Shown one piece after another: positions 38,407-48,688 of a stretch of 64,000 nucleotides of DNA. Each line of letters starts with the position of its first letter. The first letter of the stretch is position 1. A program made the translations under genes and the position numbers. The stretch comes from a plasmid. Location of the stretch: the sequence record NZ_CP123987.1; one strand, 5' to 3'. A model generated the notes under the pieces. It had not been told where the DNA came from. It saw nothing but the letters and a program-made list of their open reading frames with translations, and ran no database searches.

Positions 38407-39110
38407 TTGACTAAACATACCCATCATGAAATTGGCGACCACGCAGCCTGTATCCGCTTGGTTCCAATATTCAATCACTTAGAGGATAGCGCGATGAATT
38501 ACATTGCTGAAAAAGCCCACACGAAACAGTATCAAAAAGGAGAGTTTCTGTTTCGTTCACAAGAAAAAGAGGATACTTTATATATTATCAATCGTGGGAA
38601 AATCCGTATTTATCGATTGGCAGACTCTGGCAAAGAGCAGCTAGTGCGGATCTTGAACCCTGGTGATTTCACCGGAGAATGGACCTTGTTCAACCCGGAT
38701 GCAGTACACGAGGAATATGCCGAAGCAATCCGAGATACCGTTGTCTGTACAATTCAGCGAAAAGATGTCCAAGATTTTTTGGAACAATACCCAGCTATTT
38801 CTTTAAAACTATTGGCGGAAATGTCTAAACGGTTAGAAAGTTCAGAACGTCAAACGACACAAGTAGCCTTGGAGAGTGTCATTACCCGTTTAGTTTTGTT
38901 TTTGGCAGAAAATGTGGAACCTGAAATGGGCAACTCTCCCACCATCACCCTGCCGATGGGAAAAAAGACATTGCTTCCTATTTAGGAACGACACCTGAGA
39001 CCATCAGTCGCAAATTTGGAGAATTGGAGGACGAGGGATTGATTCAACAGCTGTCTGGGAAAAGGATCAAGATTCTGGATTTAGATGATTTATTGCTTTA
39101 CAGCGAATAA
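38407..39110 (+). pseudogene. Crp/Fnr-family regulator with a -1 frameshift in an A6 tract
   Basis: An N-terminal cNMP-binding domain (TTG start with RBS aaggggga) ends at ...ITLPMGKKTLLPI*. In the +1 frame the text continues GKKDIASYLGTTPETISRKFGELEDEGLIQQL... (Crp HTH) to the stop at 39110. A seventh A at 38961-38966 would fuse the two frames. Confidence 0.7.
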
Positions 39111-39304
39111 TCGGACACACTTTTTTCTACACGTTGGTGTTCTGTTGCTCTTCATTAACAACGGAACAGAACTCAGTGCTTTTGCTTCCATCTGTCCGTT
39201 TTTAGCTTTTTTAAGACAGAACGACCTTCATTCATTGGGAAAATAAAAGCACAAACATGATATGGAGTGACCCCTGTCAAGTAGACAATTAAATATGTAA
39301 AATT

Positions 39305-39721
39305 TTATGCGGCCTGATTTCGGCATTCTGCTGGAGTCAGGCTTTTTAGTTTCCATTGATAACGCTCATTGTTGTAATAATTAATATATCCAGCGATCCC
39401 GGACACTAATTCTTCATAAGTTATAAAAGTATGATCATAGTAGTACTCATCTTTAAAATGACTCCAGAAACTTTCCATTGGTGCGTTATCAATACAGCGT
39501 CCGACTCGTGACATACTACGTGTAATTCCTGCTTTTGAAACTTCACGAACATATTCTTTTGATGTATATTGAAAGCTACGATCACTGTGTAAAATTAGAG
39601 TTACTCCTGGATTAGCTTCAATAGCTGCCTTAATTGTTTTCATAACTAAAGGATTGTCGTTAGTTTTACTTACCACCCAACTTATAATCTCTCCAGTATA
39701 AAGATCCTTTACAGCACTCAA
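39305..39721 (-). pseudogene. IS3-family orfB (DDE integrase core) fragment, truncated at its 5' side by the IS1216-like insertion
   Basis: HSDRSFQYTSKEY...CIDNAPMESFWSHFKDE is the DDE C-terminal region. The N-terminal half is missing. It abuts the IS6 inverted repeat at 39744. Confidence 0.7.
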
Positions 39722-39743
39722 GTAGGCCTTATATTCATGATTT

Positions 39744-40547
39744 GGTTCTGTTGCAAAGTTTTAAATAAAGAATAAAATCCCTTACGGTATCTATGATTTA
39801 AGCTGGGATTCTCAATAATACCTTGATTTCAGTACAGACCGAAAACCCGAAGAGAGTGCCTTCTTTTTGGGTTTTCTTATATAATCCTCGGATGGCTTCC
39901 ATGCCTTTAATCGTGGTAGAGGCAGTGCGTAAACTTCGATAGAATTTATTGCGTCTCTTTACTGGACGATGGTCTTGTTCAATCAAATTATTCAGGTATT
40001 TAATGGTACGATGTTCTGTCCCTTGATAAAAGCCGTATTCTTTTAGTTTCTTAAAGACACTTGTAATAGAGGGGCTTTATCTGTGATTACAACCTTCGGT
40101 TCATCAAACTGCTTCACTAACCGCTTAAGAAAAGCATAGGCTGCTTGTGTGTCCCGTTTTTTACGTAACCAAATATCCAAGGTTAAACCATCTGCATCGA
40201 TGGCTCGATACAAATAATGCCATTTTCCTTTAATTTTGATGTACGTTTCATCTATTTTCCATGAATAAAAGGATTTTTTATTTTTCTTTTTCCAAATTTG
40301 ATAGAGTAGTTTGCCATATTCTTGCACCCAACGATAAATCGTCGTATGAGAAATGTTAATGCCACGATCATATAAGATTGAACTTCACGATAGCTAAGGT
40401 TATAACGAAGATAGTAGCCCACGGCTACAATAATCACGTCCTGCTGAAATTGCTTTCCTTTAAAATGATTCATCGCCATTCCTCCTGCTATCTTTTTCTA
40501 TTATTCTACCTTATTTGATAGTAGATTTAAAACTTTGCAACAGAACC
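39744..40547 (-). mobile_element. IS1216/ISS1-like IS6-family element (804 bp) with a frameshifted transposase
   Basis: Terminal inverted repeats ggttctgttgcaaagttt (39744-39761) and its reverse complement (40530-40547). The transposase is split into three ORFs (39798-39986, 40043-40327, 40252-40479) encoding MNHFKGKQFQQD..., ...KWHYLYRAIDADGLTLDIW... and ...IEQDHRPVKRRNKFYRSL.... Confidence 0.8.
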
Positions 40548-40689
40548 AAAAGAAGTGCAAAACTTGATATGCGTCAATTTTCGTCTGCTAAAAGTGAGCT
40601 ATACTACAGTTGTAAAGAGGAAAAGGAAGTGTTCATTAATCTGCAATCTGCTGCGGATAAAATAAAAACACATAAAGGAGATAGGAATT

Positions 40690-40923
40690 ATGGAAAAAGC
40701 TATATTGCAATTAGAAACGTTGTCTTGTCCAAGTTGTATGCAAAAAATTGAAGGTGCCTTGAAATCAGTTAACGGTATTGATAAAGACAGCATTAAAGTA
40801 TTATTCAACTCTAGCAAAGTCAAAATCAATTTTGATTCAGCTGTCACTTCGATTGAAGAGATTCAAAAAGCTATTGAAAACGTAGGCTATCCGGTCCTCA
40901 AAGCAAAAGTCAAGGCCGCTTAA
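40690..40923 (+). CDS. Heavy-metal-associated (HMA) domain metallochaperone, CopZ-like
   Basis: LSCPSCMQKIEGAL CxxC metal-binding motif in a protein of about 70 aa. Confidence 0.7.
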   Translation: MEKAILQLETLSCPSCMQKIEGALKSVNGIDKDSIKVLFNSSKVKINFDSAVTSIEEIQKAIENVGYPVLKAKVKAA

Positions 40924-41241
40924 CAGATTAAATAAACTAGGCAATTCTGGAAGAAAAGCTATTTTTCCGGGATTGCTTTTTTGTTGCAATCCGATTCGAG
41001 GTGCTTAGAAACGATAAAAGAGAACTTTCTAAACTTGATAGCCATAAATTTTTATTCGATAAAAAGAGGGTATCGTTATAACTGTAAAGAGGAATAAGTG
41101 TCATTGAGGCTGTTAGATAAAAAAATAGTGAGAAGGGACACGTATTTTTTCAAAACTTGATGTCAGTCAATTAATTACTTAGGCAATTATCTTATACTGT
41201 ATTTATTAATAAAAGAGAAATTAAATTTGGAGGGAAAAAGT

Positions 41242-43146
41242 ATGCAACGATATATATTAAGCAAGAAAAATGTTATCACCGTCATCAGTGGCTTGTTAAT
41301 CGCACTCGGTTTCTTCAGTCACTTTGTTTTAGAAAACGTAGGACTTTCAGAGTGGTCTTTGATCATTGCCTCTGTCTTTGGGATTACGCCAATTGCCATT
41401 CAAGCATTTCAAGCAATGAAAGTCAAAGTCATCAGTATTGATGTCTTAGTCAGTATTGCAGCGATTGGTGCGCTTTTTATTCAAGATTATGAAGAATCGG
41501 CTATTGTCACGTTCTTATTCTTATTCGGACACTACTTGGAACAACGAACATTGAACCAAACGCGATCTGCTATCAAAGAATTGACTGAAATGGCACCCGA
41601 AAGCGCCTTGAAACAAATGGATAATGGCAAATTTGAAGAAGTAGAAGTGGATGATGTAGATGAAGGGGATATCTTGCTCGTTAAAACGGGTGCGAAAGTT
41701 CCAGTAGATGGCACAGTCCTTACGGGCGAAGGGCATATCAATGAAGCTAGCATTACAGGGGAAGCTGTTCCGGTCAACAAGCTAGCTGATGCAGAAGTTT
41801 TTGCAGGAACCATTTTAGAAAACGGAACGATTCAAATCAGAGCTGACCGAGTTGGTGAGGACACCACATTTGGAAAAATTATTGAACTCGTGGAAGAAGC
41901 ACAAGATTCTAAATCCGAAGCGGAACGGTTCATTGATCGCTTTTCTAAATACTATACACCAGCTGTCTTGGTTCTGGCAATTGTTGTATGGGCGTTCAGT
42001 CAAAATATTGAGTTAGCAATCACCATCTTGGTTCTAGGTTGCCCAGGCGCATTAGTTATCGGAGTGCCTGTCTCAAACGTTGCCGGTATCGGGAATGGTG
42101 CTCGTAACGGTGTTCTTTTAAAAGGGAGTGAAGTCATTCAAGACTTCAGCAATGTGGATACAATTGTATTTGATAAGACAGGTACTTTAACTGTCGGAAA
42201 CCCAACCGTTGCAGCGACTGAACTGTATGAAAAAGATTCTGCTGAAACGCTTGGCTATCTGGCCAGTGTGGAACGGGAATCAGATCATCCATTAGCAAAA
42301 GCAGTCTTAAACCAAATTGGAGAAACAAATTTTTATCCTGTTGAAGGAACTGAAGTCGTGAAAGGCGGCGGAATCGTTTCAAGCGTAGCTGGACATAGAG
42401 TGGCTGTTGGGAATGTGGCCTTGATGGAAAAAGAAAATGTCACTCTCAGCAAAAAAGTGCAAAAAGATGTCAAACGGTTTGAACAACAAGGGAACTCTCT
42501 CGTTTTGACAGCGGTCGATGGTGAATTAAAAGTACTGATGGGCATTCGCGATCAAGTCCGTCCGGGTGTGAAAGCTAATTTGCAGGAATTAAAAGACTTG
42601 GGCGTGAAAAATCTAGTCGTTCTTTCAGGAGATAACCAAGGAACCGTTGATGTGGTCGCCGGCGAACTTGGTTTGACCGAAGCTCACGGCCACATGTTGC
42701 CGGAAGACAAAGCGGCTTATATCGGAAAACTACAACAACGTGGTCAAATTGTAGCCTTTGTTGGAGATGGCGTTAACGATAGTCCGTCCTTAGCTTTAGC
42801 AGACATTGGAATCGCAATGGGAAGCGGAACGGACGTAGCGATTGAAACATCCGATGTCGTTTTAATGAACTCGAACTTCAGCAACTTGCCTCACGCATTA
42901 GGATTAGTAAAAGCCACCGTAAATAATATGAAACAAAATATCGTGATTTCAATTGGAGTAGTGTTGGTCTTGTTGACCAGCGTCTTCTTCAGCGAATGGA
43001 TGAATATGTCTATCGGAATGTTGGTTCATGAAGGTAGTATCTTGGTGGTAATTTTCAATGGCATGAGATTAACGAAGTATAAGTTGAAAGGTCGAAAAGA
43101 ACAAAAAGAAGTATCAACACCTGCAGAGAAAGTAAAAATATCTTAA
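41242..43146 (+). CDS. P1B-type heavy-metal-translocating P-type ATPase without an N-terminal HMA domain
   Basis: DKTGTLT phosphorylation site, GDGVNDSPSLA hinge and a transmembrane CPG motif (VLGCPGALVIG). The ATG at 41242 has RBS ggaggg. Confidence 0.8.
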   Translation: MQRYILSKKNVITVISGLLIALGFFSHFVLENVGLSEWSLIIASVFGITPIAIQAFQAMKVKVISIDVLVSIAAIGALFIQDYEESAIVTFLFLFGHYLEQRTLNQTRSAIKELTEMAPESALKQMDNGKFEEVEVDDVDEGDILLVKTGAKVPVDGTVLTGEGHINEASITGEAVPVNKLADAEVFAGTILENGTIQIRADRVGEDTTFGKIIELVEEAQDSKSEAERFIDRFSKYYTPAVLVLAIVVWAFSQNIELAITILVLGCPGALVIGVPVSNVAGIGNGARNGVLLKGSEVIQDFSNVDTIVFDKTGTLTVGNPTVAATELYEKDSAETLGYLASVERESDHPLAKAVLNQIGETNFYPVEGTEVVKGGGIVSSVAGHRVAVGNVALMEKENVTLSKKVQKDVKRFEQQGNSLVLTAVDGELKVLMGIRDQVRPGVKANLQELKDLGVKNLVVLSGDNQGTVDVVAGELGLTEAHGHMLPEDKAAYIGKLQQRGQIVAFVGDGVNDSPSLALADIGIAMGSGTDVAIETSDVVLMNSNFSNLPHALGLVKATVNNMKQNIVISIGVVLVLLTSVFFSEWMNMSIGMLVHEGSILVVIFNGMRLTKYKLKGRKEQKEVSTPAEKVKIS

Positions 43147-43239
43147 GAATAAATTAGAGGATGAACATAGGCACTGATTGTCCCTTATTCAAAAAATAGT
43201 TTTTTGCGTATTGGGAAAAGTCTTTAATGGGGTCAGAAA

Positions 43240-43306
43240 CTTAAAGGAAAATGGCATTATTTGTATCGAGCCATCGATGCAGATGGTTTAACCTTGGATA
43301 TTTGAA
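43240..43306 (+). mobile_element. IS6 (IS1216-like) transposase remnant in opposite orientation
   Basis: Encodes GKWHYLYRAIDADGLTLDI, matching the internal region of the element at 39744-40547. It is truncated by the IS3 insertion. Confidence 0.7.
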
Positions 43307-43385
43307 GGTAGAATAAAATTGGGACAAGTTAAATGTGATAGAATCATGTATAATAATTAAATAATTTTATTGAGGAGGACATTAT

Positions 43386-43667
43386 ATGCCCAAGAAAACA
43401 TATACTGATGAATTTAAAACAGATGCCGTAAACTATTATTATGATAGTGGACTTTCTATTAATACCACTGCTAAAAAACTAGGAGTAAGCATCAGTGCAT
43501 TAAGAAAATGGATTAAATTATCAAAAAAAGATGGATCAGTGATAACTAGAGGAAGTGGAAATTATTCTAGCGATAAAGATAAAGAGATTGTAAGATTAAA
43601 AAGACAATTAAGAGACGCAGAAGGAGCGATTGAAGTACTAAAAAAAGCAATAAGCATTCTGGGATAG
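43386..43667 (+). CDS. IS3-family transposase OrfA (HTH)
   Basis: MPKKTYTDEFKTDAVNYYYDSGLSINTTAKKLGVSISALRKW... helix-turn-helix with a leucine-zipper-like C-terminus. Confidence 0.85.
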   Translation: MPKKTYTDEFKTDAVNYYYDSGLSINTTAKKLGVSISALRKWIKLSKKDGSVITRGSGNYSSDKDKEIVRLKRQLRDAEGAIEVLKKAISILG

Positions 43668-43741
43668 TAACAACGGAAGAAATTTATAAGAATATAAAAG
43701 AAGTAAGTGAAAATTCTAAACAAAAGCCTACTGTAGCTGGA

Positions 43742-44569
43742 ATGCTTAAACGTATAGGATTATCAAAATCAGGATATTATAGACATAAGTCTAAAGGATT
43801 GAGTAAATCAAAAGAACGTCAGCTAAAAATCAAGGATCTTATCATGGAAATATGGGAAGAAAGTCAGCACCTTTATGGTGCACCCAAAATTACAGCTAAA
43901 CTAAGAAAAATGGGCATACAAATTTCTGAACGTACTGTTGGAAAATATATGAAAGAACTAAAAATACGTGCAAAGTACTGTAAACCCTTTACTGTAACTA
44001 CTAGAGATTCCAACCTTAATAATAAATTGAAAAACACCCTAGATGAACAATTTAATCCTGAAGCACCTGATACGATTTGGTGCATTGATACAACTTATAT
44101 TCCAACTAAAGAAGGATTTGTATATCTAACTAGTATCATGGATTTGTTTTCACGGCGTATAATTTCTTGGGATTTATCAACTACATTGGAGACCACAAAT
44201 ATAATATCTCTTATAAATAAAGTGAAAGCTACTCGTAAGAGTAATCCAAAAATTATTCATAGTGATAGAGGTAGTCAATTCACCTCTAAAGAGTATTGCG
44301 AAATAACAGCTGGAATAACAAGAAGTTATTCAAAGAAAGCTTATCCGTGGGATAATGCTTGTATTGAGTCTTTTCACGCTATAATTAAGCGTGAATGCTT
44401 AAATGAATATAATATCAGTTCATATAATAAAGCTAGACGATTAGTATTTTCATATATAGATGGTTTTTATAATACGGTGAGAATTCATAGCCATTGTGGC
44501 TACATATCACCATTAGAATTTGAACAGACATACTTTGATAAAGTACAAAAAGTAAATAAAGCAGCTTAA
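43742..44569 (+). CDS. IS3-family transposase OrfB (DDE integrase core)
   Basis: DTTYIP...HSDRGSQFTS...ESFHAIIKRE DDE motifs. OrfB is expressed by a -1 frameshift from OrfA. Confidence 0.85.
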   Translation: MLKRIGLSKSGYYRHKSKGLSKSKERQLKIKDLIMEIWEESQHLYGAPKITAKLRKMGIQISERTVGKYMKELKIRAKYCKPFTVTTRDSNLNNKLKNTLDEQFNPEAPDTIWCIDTTYIPTKEGFVYLTSIMDLFSRRIISWDLSTTLETTNIISLINKVKATRKSNPKIIHSDRGSQFTSKEYCEITAGITRSYSKKAYPWDNACIESFHAIIKRECLNEYNISSYNKARRLVFSYIDGFYNTVRIHSHCGYISPLEFEQTYFDKVQKVNKAA

Positions 44570-44609
44570 AAGATGATGATTTAAGATTATTTTCCTTGCC
44601 AACAAAGGA

Positions 44610-44676
44610 TTAGAATCATTATTTTTGTCAAGGGTTTCCCGTATGGGCTTGCCCTTGATAGAAATAATGATTCTAA
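44610..44676. repeat. 25-bp imperfect inverted repeat with a 17-bp spacer
   Basis: ttagaatcattatttttgtcaaggg [tttcccgtatgggcttg] cccttgatagaaataatgattctaa shows 23/25 complementarity. The arms resemble the IS3 element end sequence (tgatagaatcat...). Confidence 0.6.
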
Positions 44677-45007
44677 TAAAATTTTTATAAGGAAAATTAT
44701 CTTTGTTCTATTTAACTTATCCATTTTCTTGACATAGTACCATGGCGAAATAGGTATGGAATTGATAATGCAAAATTTGGAAAAATTATATAATGGCTAC
44801 TTCACGCTTAACTTACCTTCGATAAAATAAAAAAACAATAAGCAATTTTCGAATATTGAAAATCACTTATTGTTTTTCAGGAAGATAGGTATTTTGTCCC
44901 ATCCTCTAGGACTTACATCCATTTGTAATAAAAAAGGCTAAAAAATGCCACTAGATCAATAGTTTTGATAACTATGATTTAGTGGTATTTTTGTACTAAT
45001 AATTCAA

Positions 45008-46207
45008 TTATTTAACATCAAATTTACGACTACGTTGAATAAGTAGAAGTGTTACAACAACAGTGATGATAGTATCGACTGCTGTAATCCAGAATACACT
45101 TAGTACACTTGCTGCAGTGTCACTAATTACGAAACTGGATAACAAAGGTCCTAAGAAGTATGTCAAGGAAGCCATGAAACTATAGTAACTTGTCAACTTA
45201 CCATGACCAGTAGGAAAGTAACTTGTTAATACAGATAGACCAACTTGCCAGATACCACCAGCACCGAAGAAACCAACTGCGATACTACCGATACGTGCAG
45301 TCATTAGAGATGGTGAAAGTACCATCAATAATAAGCCAAGTGCTGATAATGTTGAGTAAAGTAAGATTAAAGTTAAACGCTTAACTTTTGTAACAACAAT
45401 AGCAGTCACAAAAACAGAAATCATAGATGACATTGCGTACCAAGATAATAGAGTTTTAGCAGTTGCAGGTGCAACACCTAATACGTTGATTCCAAAGTTT
45501 GGAATATATTGTGAGAATACGTAGAAAGTGAAACAAATTGTAAAACCTAGAGCGATGATTAGGGAACCATCAATTGCCATTTTTGGTTGGTTAGCTGATG
45601 AAACAGTTGTTGTTTCTTGCTTAACTTCAGCCTTTGGTTCAGTCTTTTTGCTTTCATCATGAGGAGCAAATGGTGTCCACATAACAAGTAAAATATCTAA
45701 GAATAATGCGACAGCTAAAATAATTGCAGTTAATCTAGCATTTGAAACAGAAGCTACCCAGAATGGGAACAAGAATTGACACAATGACATAGCAGCTTTA
45801 ACCAATGAATTCATTGTAGCTGATTTTTCTGGGAAAGCATCTGTTAAGGCTGGGTAACAAGCTGAATCACCAAAGGAGTTAGTAACACCAAAGAATAAAG
45901 CAGCAACACAAGCCATAAAGAGATTATGAGCAAATGCAGCACCTAATAAGAAAATAATATCGGAAGTGATTGCGATAATCATGGTTTTTTTACGGCCAAT
46001 TTTATCTGAAATAACACCGGCAAATAAGATTGTTAAGATACGGCCGATACCAACAACTGAAAGTACAGTTGAGATACCTTTAACATCAGTATTCCACGCT
46101 TTTTGGAAATAAGAACTGTATTGTGAAATGATGATTGTTGCCATACCAACTAAAGCAAAGTTGATATAAACACTGGCAGCGACGCCAGCATAATTTTGTT
46201 TTTTCAT
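45008..46207 (-). CDS. MFS transporter
   Basis: About 12 transmembrane segments. The ATG at 46207 has RBS aggtgggtgg. It is paralogous to the divergent MFS gene. Confidence 0.8.
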   Translation of the reverse strand: MKKQNYAGVAASVYINFALVGMATIIISQYSSYFQKAWNTDVKGISTVLSVVGIGRILTILFAGVISDKIGRKKTMIIAITSDIIFLLGAAFAHNLFMACVAALFFGVTNSFGDSACYPALTDAFPEKSATMNSLVKAAMSLCQFLFPFWVASVSNARLTAIILAVALFLDILLVMWTPFAPHDESKKTEPKAEVKQETTTVSSANQPKMAIDGSLIIALGFTICFTFYVFSQYIPNFGINVLGVAPATAKTLLSWYAMSSMISVFVTAIVVTKVKRLTLILLYSTLSALGLLLMVLSPSLMTARIGSIAVGFFGAGGIWQVGLSVLTSYFPTGHGKLTSYYSFMASLTYFLGPLLSSFVISDTAASVLSVFWITAVDTIITVVVTLLLIQRSRKFDVK

Positions 46208-46519
46208 GACTTTCCACCCACCTAATTGTGATTTTTTTATCAATCTATTTACATTTTTAATATAAGTCATCTATTGAGTATTGTCTAATTGATATATTTT
46301 AAGTTAATCATATAAATATTCTATAGGATCTAATTATTTATAAATGCTTTAGTAACCGTAACCAATATTAATTTTATAGCATATAAAATATAAAATAATT
46401 ATACATATAGATAAAATTGAAAATTAAAATAAATAAAGTCTATTGGAATTTTTTAAAAATAATAGATAAAATTAACGTGTAATAAATGTGAAAAAGATAA
46501 CAAGTTAGGAGGGGACGGA

Positions 46520-47740
46520 ATGGAATTCCCTATTATGTGTAAGAAAAATCAATCTAAAGCTAAAAGATCAGTATTAGCCTTCTATGTATACTTTAATTAT
46601 TTCGTCTGGGGATCATCAATCATTCTGGTTTCTCAATTCCATAGTTGGTTCATGGAATTATGGCATACAGATCTAAAAGGAATTTCAATTGTTATTTCTA
46701 TGTTAGGTTTAGGACATTTGATTACTGTTTTATTAGCGGGTTGGTTTTCGGATAAATTTGGTAGAAAAAATACTATAATTATCGGAACAATTTCCAACAT
46801 CATATTTTTGATAGGTTTATTAATAAGTAGAAATATTTGGATGGCGTCAATTTGTAGTTTATTTTTAGGCAATGCCAATTCATTTAATGATTCTGGTAGC
46901 TATCCTTTATTAACGGAAAAATTTCCAGAGAAACCTGCTAGTATGAATGCCTTAGTAAAAGCTTCAATGTCATTATCGCAAACGATCTTACCGTTAGTAA
47001 TTGCAGCAGTACACAGTGCATACATCATTATTCCAGCTATGGCAGTGATGCCAGGATTACTTCTATTAAAAGTAAGTGTAACTAATTTTGGTAAAAATGG
47101 ATCAATAGTTAAAGAAACAGTTAGTGAACAAAAAGAAATCTTGGAAACTTCTACAAATAAGCCTTCTGTTTTGATTGATGGGGTAGGAATGGTAATATTA
47201 GGATTTACTTTATCATTTATATTTTATATGTACTCACAATATGCACCAGTATTTGCAGAAAAAGTTATTGGATCAACACCAGTTTTTTCTAAAACGTTGA
47301 TTTCATGGTATGCTATTTCTTCTTTAATCTCGGTATTTATCACATCGACTGTAGTTAGAAAGGTACATCCATTTAAAGTGTTATTGACATATTCAATTGT
47401 TGCTGCAGCGATGTTAGCTGTGATGGTTGTTCATCCAACTCCAACAATTGCACGTTTGACAAGTATAGCAATTGGTTTCTTTGCGGCAGGCGGTATTTGG
47501 CAAGTTGGTCTAACAATTTTATCTCGTTATTTTCCACGAGAAAAAGGGAGAGTTACAGGATACTATAGTTTTGCGGCTGCTTTAACATATTTTGTGGGTC
47601 CGATTGTGTCTACCTTTATCCTAGATGATACAGCAGCCAGTTTAGTTCATGTATTTGTTTTAGATGTAGCTGTCTCAGTGTTAGGGATAATCGTAATGAT
47701 AATTTTAGCAGTACGTTGCTTCAAGTATAAATTCATCTAA
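46520..47740 (+). CDS. MFS transporter, paralogue of the 45008-46207 protein
   Basis: Shared segments NSFNDSGSYPLLTEKFPEKPASMNALVKASMSLSQ vs NSFGDSACYPALTDAFPEKSATMNSLVKAAMSLCQ. RBS aggagggg. Confidence 0.8.
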   Translation: MEFPIMCKKNQSKAKRSVLAFYVYFNYFVWGSSIILVSQFHSWFMELWHTDLKGISIVISMLGLGHLITVLLAGWFSDKFGRKNTIIIGTISNIIFLIGLLISRNIWMASICSLFLGNANSFNDSGSYPLLTEKFPEKPASMNALVKASMSLSQTILPLVIAAVHSAYIIIPAMAVMPGLLLLKVSVTNFGKNGSIVKETVSEQKEILETSTNKPSVLIDGVGMVILGFTLSFIFYMYSQYAPVFAEKVIGSTPVFSKTLISWYAISSLISVFITSTVVRKVHPFKVLLTYSIVAAAMLAVMVVHPTPTIARLTSIAIGFFAAGGIWQVGLTILSRYFPREKGRVTGYYSFAAALTYFVGPIVSTFILDDTAASLVHVFVLDVAVSVLGIIVMIILAVRCFKYKFI

Positions 47741-47791
47741 AAAAAGAATCACTAGAACGAATTAATTAAAATTCAATTCTAGTGATTTTTA

Positions 47792-48688
47792 TTATTTTCC
47801 AGCATCGGAATTTTGTTTAATAAAATTGATGAAATCTAAAGCAGCTGGAGATTGGTAATGACGCTTAAGAGTAGCCATGTAGATGAAGCGATGCCATTTA
47901 GGAAACTCAATTGGGATTTGTTTAACATCTAATGTTCTAAGAATTGGCATTTCTGGGACAATTCCTACACCAAAGTTAGCCGCAACCATACCAGCTACGG
48001 TTTCATCTTCGTCAACTTCGAAGACACTATCAGGGGTGCCACCGCAAATTGAAAATAGTTGTTCAGTTTCCGCACATAAACCAGTATTAGAAGAATAAGT
48101 AATATATTTAAAATCTAAAGTATCTTTCAAATTAATTTTATTTTTATTAGCTAAGGGATGATCTAGTGGAGTTATGAATTTTAATTTTTGTTCATATACA
48201 GGGAAATAATCAACATCATCCAAGTTATCAATCTTTGAACAGAATGCAACGTCTACTTTTTCTTCTCTTAATTCATCTAAGATTGAGTGTGAAAAACCGA
48301 TACCACTTTCAAATTCAAAGGAAGGTTGTTTTTCTTCAGGAATATCATCTAAAAATTTTCGAATAGTAGTTGGTAACCAGTGAGAACTAATAGAACGTAG
48401 CATTGAAATTTTAATAACTTCTTTGTTATTTTCGGATTTCTTGGCTCTTTCAATAGCACGATTGAGTGATTCGATAGCAGCTAAGCTTTCTTCAACAAAG
48501 ATTTTCCCACTACGAGTTAACTTAATGTTTCGACCGGATTTTTCGAATAATTTGATATTAACTTGACTCTCTAAGGAACTAATCGCGTAACTTAAAGAAG
48601 GTTGTGTAATATGTAACATTTCAGCAGCCTGTGTATAATTCTCAGTCTGAGCTAAGACATGAAGATATTGTAATTGTTGTAAATTCAT
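47792..48688 (-). CDS. LysR-family transcriptional regulator
   Basis: N-terminal HTH QLQYLHVLAQTENYTQAAEMLHITQPSLSYAISSLE. The ATG at 48688 is preferred. Confidence 0.85.
   Translation of the reverse strand: MNLQQLQYLHVLAQTENYTQAAEMLHITQPSLSYAISSLESQVNIKLFEKSGRNIKLTRSGKIFVEESLAAIESLNRAIERAKKSENNKEVIKISMLRSISSHWLPTTIRKFLDDIPEEKQPSFEFESGIGFSHSILDELREEKVDVAFCSKIDNLDDVDYFPVYEQKLKFITPLDHPLANKNKINLKDTLDFKYITYSSNTGLCAETEQLFSICGGTPDSVFEVDEDETVAGMVAANFGVGIVPEMPILRTLDVKQIPIEFPKWHRFIYMATLKRHYQSPAALDFINFIKQNSDAGK

Larger units (their letters stand above)
43323..44634 (+). mobile_element. IS3-family insertion sequence (orfA/orfB with a -1 slippery site)
   Basis: OrfA HTH protein plus OrfB DDE transposase. 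A slippery heptamer A AAA AAG lies near 43641-43648. Imperfect terminal repeats occur around 43336-43360 and 44610-44634. Ends are approximate. Confidence 0.75.

Noticed and set aside
40515-40847. Overlapping ORFs 40515-40751 (+) and 40599-40847 (-) around the IS1216 inverted repeat and the CopZ-like gene.
   Set aside because: The plus ORF starts inside the IS inverted repeat and overlaps the real HMA gene in another frame. The minus ORF is antisense to the HMA gene.
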